A stretch of DNA of 61,930 nt from Pirellulales bacterium. Lineage in GTDB: Bacteria > Planctomycetota > Planctomycetia > Pirellulales > UBA1268. The notes beneath the pieces are model-generated. The model searched no databases. It was not told the origin of the DNA and saw nothing but the letters and a program-made list of their open reading frames with translations. This document shows, in pieces, positions 54,733-61,930 of this stretch (position 1 is the stretch's first letter; the number at the start of each line of letters is the position of its first letter). Position numbers and translations under genes: made by a program. The DNA lies in NCBI GenBank assembly GCA_040397685.1, contig JBBAVM010000003.1, positions 1 through 61,930 of the forward strand. The letters run 5' to 3'.

Positions 54733-55760
54733 GGGTTTTCTCCAAGGGCGAGCGCCGCGAACGACGCGAGCCAGTGCTCGCCCACGTAGTCACCGCCCAC
54801 CGTGTGCGGCCGTCCTGCGGCAAAGTTGTTCACGGCGCCGGAGAAAAGTTCGTCCTTGAGCGGCTCGCCCTCGGGGAGGCCCGACGCGATCCTGCGAAGC
54901 ATCCAGGCCCGCGAGAGCGCGAGGCCGTCGAGGTGGGCGATCTGGGCGTCGTGGCGATCGGCTACGACGGGCGGCTCGGCGAGGCGACCGATACCCCGCG
55001 GCAGAAACCGGCGGAGCCACGCGAGAAAATCGCGCGCGTCGAGCACCGCGTGCATCAGCGTCGCCACGGCGAGGCTGGGCGACAGGAAGTCGGTGAGCGA
55101 CGGCTCCCACGCCAGCGGCGCGTCGGCATCGGCGGCATGCCACCGGCGGGCGGCGGCGGCGTAGGCCGCCGCGTGCGCGGGAGCGGAGCATGTGTGGGCG
55201 TGGTCGAGGGCGAGCGTGAGGGCGAACGCCGTGCAGGAGTGGACGCCCGATCGAATGGGATACGGTGCGGTGCTCGCGAAGGCGGCCAGCCGCGTGGCGA
55301 GGTCGGCCGCCAGCGGATCGACAGCATCCGCCCAGGCCCGACCGCGGCGCTCGACGGCGGCCAGCCGCTCGAGTTCCGCCCGGAGTTCGAGCAGCCACGC
55401 CCAGCCATACGGCCGCTCGAACGTCGCCCCGGCGGGCCCGGCGCAGTAGGCCCGCTCCCTCGCAATGCGGTCGGGCGTGAGGTGGGCCGAAAGCCGCTCG
55501 ACGATCCGCGGCGCGGCCGGCAGCCCCGGGTGGAGGCGGAGCACCCGCACGAGCAGCCAGTGCATGTGCACGCTCGAGTGCCAGTCGAAGCTGCCGAAAA
55601 ACGCCGGATGGAGGGCGACGTGGTCGGCAACACGAGCGTCCGGACCCTCGACCATCAGGTGGTCGAGTTTGTGCGGGAAAGCCCGCTCCACGTTCGCGAG
55701 GGCGACCTCGGCGAACGCCGCCGCCTGGACCTCATCGAGCGTCGGAAACGGAGGCTGCAA
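54729..55760 (-). CDS. DUF2891-like protein
   Basis: 343-aa ORF with a TTG start immediately after the upstream stop. FGSFDWHSSVHMHW and YGWAWLL motifs, which I associate with DUF2891 from memory, not a search. Confidence 0.6.
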   Translation of the reverse strand: MQPPFPTLDEVQAAAFAEVALANVERAFPHKLDHLMVEGPDARVADHVALHPAFFGSFDWHSSVHMHWLLVRVLRLHPGLPAAPRIVERLSAHLTPDRIARERAYCAGPAGATFERPYGWAWLLELRAELERLAAVERRGRAWADAVDPLAADLATRLAAFASTAPYPIRSGVHSCTAFALTLALDHAHTCSAPAHAAAYAAAARRWHAADADAPLAWEPSLTDFLSPSLAVATLMHAVLDARDFLAWLRRFLPRGIGRLAEPPVVADRHDAQIAHLDGLALSRAWMLRRIASGLPEGEPLKDELFSGAVNNFAAGRPHTVGGDYVGEHWLASFAALALGENP

Positions 55761-56918
55761 TTACGTTCGCACCGCGGCCCGACGACGCCGGGCAAGCGAC
55801 CAGCCCGCGATCATCGCGCCCATGCCGGCCAAGGCCAGCGCCCCGGGCTCGGGCACGGCCTCGATGGTCCCAACCCGCAGGCCATACCAGGCGTAGGAGG
55901 TTGCTCCCGCACCCGAGTAGATGTTGCGATACCCGGCACCCGCGAAATTTTCCCCATACCTCCAGGCCCCGCCGCGGTAGACGGGCAGCATTTGGCCCGC
56001 AAAGTTCGGGTTTTCCTTCACCGCCTCCGTCCAGTTGTAGACGAGCCCATCGACGTCGTAGAGCCCGTAGTAGCTCGTGCTCGTCGAGTAGGCGCCGACG
56101 TTCGTCAGGTAATCAACGCTGGCACTGAACGCGGCCCCGGTCTTCGCGAGCGTGTCGGCGACGCCGACAGGGTTGCCAAAGCCGATATTCGCGGCATTGC
56201 CGCTGCCGGGAGGCGCGATGCTCGACGGCGCGGTGTCGCTCCGCGTGCCGTATTGCCAGTATCCACCGGCACCGCCATTTTTCGTCGGATCGTAGTAGGC
56301 GGCCTTGTAGTATTCGTTCTCGCTCGGAATGAAAAACGTCGCATTCGCTGCTCGGGGCGGGGGCGTCGCAAAGGCGTTGGTAAACGGTATGGCCGACATG
56401 TCGTACACGCCGCTCTCGGTCCCGCCTGAACCTTGGCCGCTGGCCAGCCAATTCACGAATCGGGCGCTGGCGGCCCACGTCATCCACGTGGCAGGATAGT
56501 TTTCCTGCCCGGTCTTGACGCTGTACTTCGCGCCATTCGCGGCGGCGAGGTTGCGGTCGATGCCGCCCGTGTACGCGGCACCTGATGGGCTCGCAGCCGT
56601 GGTTCCCATCTTCGTGTTGTACAGCCGCAGGGCATTGCTGCCCGTCGGATCGACCATGTTCAGAAACGCGGTGTACTGCGCATTGGTGACGCTGTGCTTC
56701 GAGATTCGGAACGTGTAGCCCACCGAACCATAGCCGCTCGTCCCGTCGCCGTTGTATTTGTTCATGACGAGCGTATCGGCCGCGTTGCCCGCGTTGCCGA
56801 CGGTCGCCCAGTCGAACGTCACCTCGGCGAGCGATGGTCGCCCCAGTGCGGCCACGACGAGCGACGCTGCTGCCGCCAACAGAAGCCGATGAACGCTGTG
56901 CTTCGTCATGTCCGCCAT
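55761..56918 (-). CDS. Secreted FGE-sulfatase-fold (SUMF1/PvdO-like) protein with PEP-CTERM sorting signal; no cysteines
   Basis: Start at MADMTKHSV (or MTKHSV at 56909). Signal peptide. VGNAGNAADT...YTFRISKHSVTNAQYTAFLN...FFIPSENEYYKAAYYDP...VYRGGAW. C-terminal VPEPGALALAGMGAMIAGWSLARRRR. Confidence 0.8.
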   Translation of the reverse strand: MADMTKHSVHRLLLAAAASLVVAALGRPSLAEVTFDWATVGNAGNAADTLVMNKYNGDGTSGYGSVGYTFRISKHSVTNAQYTAFLNMVDPTGSNALRLYNTKMGTTAASPSGAAYTGGIDRNLAAANGAKYSVKTGQENYPATWMTWAASARFVNWLASGQGSGGTESGVYDMSAIPFTNAFATPPPRAANATFFIPSENEYYKAAYYDPTKNGGAGGYWQYGTRSDTAPSSIAPPGSGNAANIGFGNPVGVADTLAKTGAAFSASVDYLTNVGAYSTSTSYYGLYDVDGLVYNWTEAVKENPNFAGQMLPVYRGGAWRYGENFAGAGYRNIYSGAGATSYAWYGLRVGTIEAVPEPGALALAGMGAMIAGWSLARRRRAAVRT

Positions 56919-56965
56919 CTCCGTGTGAGGATCTGCACAGCCCAGAACCGGGCCATGGTCGATCG

Positions 56966-58369
56966 TCATTCGTTTTCCCCGGCGCCATCCCCGGCCTTGA
57001 TGCCCAATTTCGCGAGCGCCTCGATCAATTTGTCTTCCTGCGCCCCCACGAAGGCCGCAGCCACGCGGCCGTCGCCGTCGATGAGGTAGAGCGTGGGCAA
57101 GCCCGGAACGTTGTACTTCTGCCCCGCCACGCTCTCGGTCGAGCCCTTGGCCGCCGGATCGAACGCGAACGTGAAGTTGTATTTCGTGCCCCGGTTCGTC
57201 GCGACCCACTCCTTGAAGGAGTCGCGGTCGTCGTAGACGTTGAGGCTCAACACCTCGACGTTTTGACCCTTCACCCGCTGATAGAGCTTTTCGAGGGCAG
57301 GCATCGAGGCCAGGCAGGGCCCACACCACGTCGCCCAGAAATCGAGGATCACCACCTTCCCCTTGAAGTCGGCGAGCCCGAGGGGTTTTCCTTCCGGCGT
57401 CTCGACCGTGAACGGCGGGGCGACGACTCCCGGCTCGAGCATCGGCCGCACCTCGACCGGCTTTTGGAGCGAGGCCACGTCGCTGCCCGGAGGGGCCACC
57501 GGCGAGATCGTGAGTTCGGCGCCGCTGATCGAGGGCCGGGCGACATACCACCGGTCGTCGATCCGAAAGGGGTCGGCGAGGTTGAACCGCTCCGGCGAGC
57601 GAAACTCCTTGTCGCCCTCCTGCGAAAGCAACCCCTTGAACGTGCCGTCACCGTCGAGATCGACACAGAGTTCGACCGGCCGCCGCGTCAGGTCCCCCTT
57701 GGCCGGCACCGTGAACAGAGCGTCGTTCGTGTTTTCGGCGAGCACGATCGAATATTCCTTGCCCTCCGCATCATCGGTCTTCCCGAACCTCGCCTTGCCT
57801 TCGCGAGCCGAGATCTTGGCGTAGGAGAAGCCGGGCATGTCGGGTCGCCGGAAGATGAAGAGGCGATAGTCTCCGCCCTCCTTCTCCTCTGCGAGCGTGC
57901 CCCACGATGCATGGACCGGCCGCGTGGCAAACTCCACCTTCGTGCCGTTGATGTCCTTCGTCACGTCCCACTCGCCCGTGCCGTCGTCGGCGAGATCGCC
58001 ATTTTGGTTCGAGTCGATGTAGAGCCGGCTACCGTCCTTCGTCACATCCACGGCGACGAGCGTGTCGCTCTTCGGTCCGTTGCCCACTCGCAGCACGCCG
58101 TACCGGGGCGTGCCCGTGTAGGCAGGCTCCTTCGCCACAACCGCCGGCTTGGCGGTGCCGAGCGTCACAGGCGTGGGCATGTAGCCCATGCGACTCGCCT
58201 TGAGCCGGTCCATGTCGAGCGCCGTGGGATTGAGCGTAAGGCGAACCTTGACAGGCTCTCCCAGGTCCGCCGGAGCCTCAGGCGATTCGGTGGCCAAGGC
58301 CGCCACACCCCAGGCGATGCCGAGCGCGAGGATCCCGTTGCGGACGGCAGTGGAGCGCACGTTGATCAT
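56966..58369 (-). CDS. TlpA-like periplasmic thiol:disulfide oxidoreductase with a ~310-aa N-terminal domain
   Basis: Start at MINVRSTAVRNGILALGIAWGVAALA. C-terminal thioredoxin fold FKGKVVILDFWATWCGPCLASMPAL...VPGLPTLYLID. Confidence 0.82.
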   Translation of the reverse strand: MINVRSTAVRNGILALGIAWGVAALATESPEAPADLGEPVKVRLTLNPTALDMDRLKASRMGYMPTPVTLGTAKPAVVAKEPAYTGTPRYGVLRVGNGPKSDTLVAVDVTKDGSRLYIDSNQNGDLADDGTGEWDVTKDINGTKVEFATRPVHASWGTLAEEKEGGDYRLFIFRRPDMPGFSYAKISAREGKARFGKTDDAEGKEYSIVLAENTNDALFTVPAKGDLTRRPVELCVDLDGDGTFKGLLSQEGDKEFRSPERFNLADPFRIDDRWYVARPSISGAELTISPVAPPGSDVASLQKPVEVRPMLEPGVVAPPFTVETPEGKPLGLADFKGKVVILDFWATWCGPCLASMPALEKLYQRVKGQNVEVLSLNVYDDRDSFKEWVATNRGTKYNFTFAFDPAAKGSTESVAGQKYNVPGLPTLYLIDGDGRVAAAFVGAQEDKLIEALAKLGIKAGDGAGENE

Positions 58370-58392
58370 CGGCGACCCCGTGGAGTCGTAGG

Positions 58393-59391
58393 TCAGGCCG
58401 CAATGCGACGCATGCGACGACGCCACGCCGCCGAGCCACCGATCACCGCCGCAGCACCGAGCATGGCCAGCGTGGCGGGCTCGGGTACGGCGGTAACCGT
58501 CACGAGATCAAGCCGCATGCTGCCGCCGCTGCCCAAAGAGCGGTTATAGCCGTTGGTCAAGTCCGTGGAATTGGTGCCAGCGTACGAGGAAAGGAGCCCC
58601 GTCGTGCCGCTCGTGTATGTGCCGCTTGGTTCCCATGCACCCACGATCGCGAACGCGAAGTTGGCGTTGTTCTCGTAACCCTGGCCCGTCGGAAGCGTGT
58701 ATGTGATGTTGTCCACGAAGCCTGCAGCGTAGTTGGCAGGCGTTCCACTCGTAGTGATGGATTGCGACAGCCAGTTGCCACTGATCGTCCGGAAGTCGAT
58801 CAAGCCGCTCGAATTCACGCCCACGGTCGCATTGCCCGAGATCGCAGCCGTGCCCGAGTTGAGCCCGTTCACGAACTGGGTGATCGACGAACCCGTGCCG
58901 CCCGACGGCACGGAAAACGTGCCGCCGGTGCCGCTCGTGCTCACCAGAATCTGCCAGTAGCGACTTGAACGGAAGCCCACGGTTTGGCTCCATGACAGTT
59001 GCACGGCCTGCCCCGCGCTCATCCCGGCCGTGGACAGGGCGAAGGTCATGCCCACAGATTTATTGGCGGCAGTGAGGAGCGGTGGATTGACCGTGAACGA
59101 GCGATTGAAGGTGGTGCCTGTGACAACCGATCCACCGTCTGCCGAAGCGCCGTTGACCAGAATGCTCGACAACGGCACCGTGGGAGTGCTTTGGCCGTAC
59201 CCGGCGATCGTGCCCGTCGCCATGTTGGTGCCAGCCGTCGCCGCACCATACGCCGGAAGTCCGGTAACCCCGCCGTTCGCATTCCACTGGCCGAGCACCG
59301 TCTCGGCCGACGCCGGCGACACGGCCGACAACGCCATGACGGCCACGACGCCGAATACAATTGCCTGCGATGCCAACGTGCGAGTATGCAT
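58393..59391 (-). CDS. PEP-CTERM-sorted secreted protein, Gly/Ser/Thr-rich, function unknown
   Basis: Start at MHTRTLASQAIVFGVVAVMALSAVSPASA. C-terminal VPEPATLAMLGAAAVIGGSAAWRRRMRR. Confidence 0.78.
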   Translation of the reverse strand: MHTRTLASQAIVFGVVAVMALSAVSPASAETVLGQWNANGGVTGLPAYGAATAGTNMATGTIAGYGQSTPTVPLSSILVNGASADGGSVVTGTTFNRSFTVNPPLLTAANKSVGMTFALSTAGMSAGQAVQLSWSQTVGFRSSRYWQILVSTSGTGGTFSVPSGGTGSSITQFVNGLNSGTAAISGNATVGVNSSGLIDFRTISGNWLSQSITTSGTPANYAAGFVDNITYTLPTGQGYENNANFAFAIVGAWEPSGTYTSGTTGLLSSYAGTNSTDLTNGYNRSLGSGGSMRLDLVTVTAVPEPATLAMLGAAAVIGGSAAWRRRMRRIAA

Positions 59392-59511
59392 GGGTAACTC
59401 CAAGACAGGCCAAGATCCCGAACGCCCTAAAATCCCCAGATAGTCAGTACCAGAAACCTGACGCACATTCAAGAAAAAAATTGGACTCTATAAAAAACAC
59501 ACAACTTTCAT

Positions 59512-59540
59512 GGAAAAATCACGAATGGGGGGGCATTCGC
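59512..59540 (-). terminator. Possible intrinsic terminator after the cysteine-synthase-like gene
   Basis: Minus-strand RNA: cgaaug-CCCCCC-cauucg hairpin (59522-59539), immediately followed by gAUUUUUcc (59512-59520). The stem is short. Confidence 0.4.
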
Positions 59541-59580
59541 GATAGGTTCGCCCCCTTGCGCACGAACGCCCACACCCCCA

Positions 59581-60639
59581 TCAGGCAGATGCCACCCCCC
59601 CGGCCACAAGCGGGCTCGGGGCGAGCGTCGTCTCGAAATCGAGTAGTTCGACGTCCGGGCTCAGAAAACCTGGCCGCACCGGCTCGGCCTTCGCCAGGTC
59701 GGTGGTGAGATACTTCTTGTTGTCGTCGCAGAAGATCGTCGCGACGGTCGAGCCCCACCCCTCCCGCTCGAGCACGTGCAGAGCCCCGAGCAGGTTGGCC
59801 CCCGACGAAATCCCGACACCAAGGCCGAGTTCGCGGGCGAGCTTCTGCGCCATGAGGATGGCATCGCCGTCGCTCACCTGGATCACCGGAGCGAGGCGGT
59901 CGAGCCGGAGGATGCCCGGTATGAACTCATCCGACACGCCCTGGATCCGATGCCGCCCGACCTTGTGCCCCGTGGAGAGCGTGGGCGACTCGGCCGGCTC
60001 GAGCGGATGCACCCGCGCGTCGATGCCGTGCCGCGTAAACGCCTCCGCGACCCCCATCACCGTGCCCCCCGTGCCGACGCCGGCCACGAAGGCGCCGGGC
60101 GCGAGACCCAGGACGGCGAGTTGTGCGACGAGCTCAGGCCCAGTCGTCGTGGCATGGGCCTGGACGTTGGCCTGGTTGTCGAACTGCCGCGGCAGGAAGA
60201 CGCGGCCGAGTTCCCGCCCCAGCGTCTCGGCGTTGGCGATGCTGCCGAGAAAGCCCCCGGCCTCGCGGGACACGAGGCGGATGTCGGCCCCAAACGACCG
60301 GATCACGGCCTTCCGCTCCTCGCTCATCCAGTCGGGCATGAAGATCACGACGGGGTGCCCGAGCGCCGCCCCGAGCGCCGAGAAGGCGATGCCCGTGTTG
60401 CCGCTCGTCGCCTCGACGATCGTGTCGCCCGGCTGCAAGACGCCCTGCTCGATGGCCGTCCGGCAGATGTGCAGCGCCATCCGGTCCTTGATGCTGCCCG
60501 TGAGGTTGAGATACTCCGCCTTCGCGTGCACCCGGCACTCGCGGCCGCGATACCGCAGCCGCACGCTCACGAGCGGCGTGTCGCCGACGAGCGGGCGAAG
60601 CCCTCGGAGCCGGCGCATGCGGACGTCGTCGAACATCAT
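59581..60639 (-). CDS. PLP-dependent cysteine synthase family protein (CysK/CysM/CBS-like)
   Basis: Start at [13 protein letters not shown] lysine GSIKDR, TSGNTG, GVGTGGT. ~40-aa C-terminal extension. Confidence 0.82.
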   Translation of the reverse strand: MMFDDVRMRRLRGLRPLVGDTPLVSVRLRYRGRECRVHAKAEYLNLTGSIKDRMALHICRTAIEQGVLQPGDTIVEATSGNTGIAFSALGAALGHPVVIFMPDWMSEERKAVIRSFGADIRLVSREAGGFLGSIANAETLGRELGRVFLPRQFDNQANVQAHATTTGPELVAQLAVLGLAPGAFVAGVGTGGTVMGVAEAFTRHGIDARVHPLEPAESPTLSTGHKVGRHRIQGVSDEFIPGILRLDRLAPVIQVSDGDAILMAQKLARELGLGVGISSGANLLGALHVLEREGWGSTVATIFCDDNKKYLTTDLAKAEPVRPGFLSPDVELLDFETTLAPSPLVAGGVASA

Positions 60640-60696
60640 TCGCAGGCACCTCGCGGGACACGGCAGGCCGCCCGCTCGGCCACGCACGCGGCCCGC

Positions 60697-61635
60697 TTAC
60701 GGAAGGTCGACCTGTTCCGTGCCGGATGGCGTCACGGCCGACCAGAACACGACGGGATCGATCGTCGCCGCGACGGGCCGCACGCTACCGTCGAGCATCG
60801 CGACATTGGCCGAGTTCGGGTGGACGCACTGCAGCCGCGTGGGATCGGCCTGGTCAGGCGAGGCGGGCGTTTCGCACGGCGGCGCGACCGCGTCGGCAAG
60901 CGCATTGGTCGCCTGACAGTTGTATGAACCGTTCCATTCGCCAGGCGAACCGGCCGCGACCGACGAGGCCGGACGATTCGAGCGGCCCGCGCCGCCGGGA
61001 TGGGCGAAGGTCGGAGCCTTCGTTCCGGACCGCGATCGGTATTCCGACGTTATCGTCGGCGTCGCTCTCGCATACATCTCGCCCAGGGCGATCGTCTTCG
61101 AGGTACCGTCGAGCACCTTCTTGAGCGCCGGCTTATCGGTGAATAGCACGCCGTTCGTCGCATAGCTCGTGGGCCCGACGCTTCCCGTCACGAGGGCCAC
61201 GGTCTGATCGCTGGGACAGAGGAAGAGGTTGATTTTCGGGACGTTGAGCGGGATCGCCCCGCCCTTGAACGTATCGCGAATCACTGCATCTTCCGAGTAC
61301 GGCATGATCGCCACGTGTAGGCCGACGCTGCCGGTGATCGTGGCGCCGCTGCTGTTCACGCCCACGTTGTAGTTCGACAGGGCATCGGGCAGCGTGTCTC
61401 GCTTGGACGATGCGAAATTGAGCACGGTCAGCTGCATCTGCCGCAGGTTGTTCGTGCACGAACTGCGCCGCGCCGATTCACGTGCCGCCTGGACAGCCGG
61501 CAGCAGGAGGCCGATGAGCACGCCGATGATCGCGATGACCACGAGCAGTTCGACCAACGTGAACCCGGGTCGGGAAAGCAGTCGTCCAGGGCGCCCTGTC
61601 CCTGCCCCCCCGTGCCACCGACCGGAGCTGTTCAT
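60697..61635 (-). CDS. DUF1559 / H-X9-DG protein with prepilin-type N-terminal cleavage/methylation domain
   Basis: Start at [51 protein letters not shown]-terminal [14 protein letters not shown] (H-X9-DG). Confidence 0.88.
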   Translation of the reverse strand: MNSSGRWHGGAGTGRPGRLLSRPGFTLVELLVVIAIIGVLIGLLLPAVQAARESARRSSCTNNLRQMQLTVLNFASSKRDTLPDALSNYNVGVNSSGATITGSVGLHVAIMPYSEDAVIRDTFKGGAIPLNVPKINLFLCPSDQTVALVTGSVGPTSYATNGVLFTDKPALKKVLDGTSKTIALGEMYARATPTITSEYRSRSGTKAPTFAHPGGAGRSNRPASSVAAGSPGEWNGSYNCQATNALADAVAPPCETPASPDQADPTRLQCVHPNSANVAMLDGSVRPVAATIDPVVFWSAVTPSGTEQVDLP

Positions 61636-61762
61636 GACGCCCACCCTCCGGAGCCTGCTGGGGATCAACGCGTTTTAGGAAATTTATTTGACTCCATAAG
61701 TTAATGGAATCGCTCCGACGACGCAAACTGCCGCGGAAGCCGTCCGCAAGAAAAGCCCGCTT

Positions 61763-61930
61763 CCCACGAAAGCCCGCAGCGCAAGCAAGGGCCCGAACGC
61801 ATCGCGGACCATCGCACTCAACGCCTCGCACACCCCCTCGCTCGCGCGTCGGGCTTCCGTCGTCCCACAAAAGCCCCCACAAAAGCCCCCACAAAAGCCC
61901 CCACAAAAGCCCCCACAAAAGCCCCCACAA
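61763..61930. repeat. Hairpin-plus-array intergenic repeat, locus 4 (array runs off the window end)
   Basis: cccacgaaagcccgcagcgcaagcaaggg (61763-61791) ... ccctcgctcgcgcgtcgggcttccgtc, then at least 5.5 perfect copies of cccacaaaagcc (61864-61930). Confidence 0.85.

Noticed and set aside
59392-59520. A+T-rich island upstream of the PEP-CTERM operon as a specific promoter call
   Set aside because: Several weak -35/-10-like hexamers can be picked by eye and none is convincing. It is reported only as context for the operon, not as a feature.

Overview
Very G+C-rich chromosomal segment that looks planctomycetal: it has a DUF1559 / H-X9-DG prepilin-like protein, PEP-CTERM proteins, a giant membrane-anchored TPR protein and FliW-CsrA. 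I call about 57 protein genes, 2 tRNAs (Leu-UAG, Glu-UUC) and several intergenic repeat families.

Gene content in order:
- aceE (partial) and lpdA
- HTTM membrane protein, tRNA-Leu, Cys/His-rich secreted protein
- 1462-aa TPR protein, small TPR protein, lpxA
- a sigma54 activator divergent from a 9.3-kb chemosensory operon
- a convergent M32 carboxypeptidase / acidic membrane protein / amidase operon
- PIG-L deacetylase, xerC/D
- NarL-type regulator, hemC, comF, lptF/G-like, fliW-csrA
- a long minus-strand operon: nuoI-A-C-D, repeat insertion, nuoH-J-K-L-M-N, orphan ORF, tatD, thioredoxin-like
- second csrA, tRNA-Glu, hemH, hydrolase, aldo/keto reductase
- a single-ORF PxpB-PxpC-PxpA fusion
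- a PEP-CTERM / TlpA / FGE-fold / DUF2891 operon
- cysteine-synthase-like gene and DUF1559 gene

Most very long ORFs in the six-frame track are antisense or read-through shadow ORFs, as expected in high-GC DNA.

Best hunting results:
1. The chemosensory operon has WspA-F synteny (MCP, CheW, CheR-TPR, Cys-motif CheW, CheA-REC, CheB). It is translationally coupled to a membrane-anchored UrtA/AmiC-type solute-binding protein. No transporter genes and no WspR-like output are present. A sigma54 activator without any sensory domain sits divergently next to it.
2. Two undescribed-looking intergenic repeat families. One is a roughly 350-bp multi-hairpin element in three copies: one bounded by perfect 21-bp terminal inverted repeats, two in inverted orientation flanking a 5-kb gene block, and one inside the nuo operon. 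The other is a conserved hairpin with an attached 12-bp tandem array, at four loci.
3. An unusual nuo layout without nuoB or nuoEFG.
4. The triple Pxp fusion.

All assignments come from reading translations and motifs by eye. No database searches were run.
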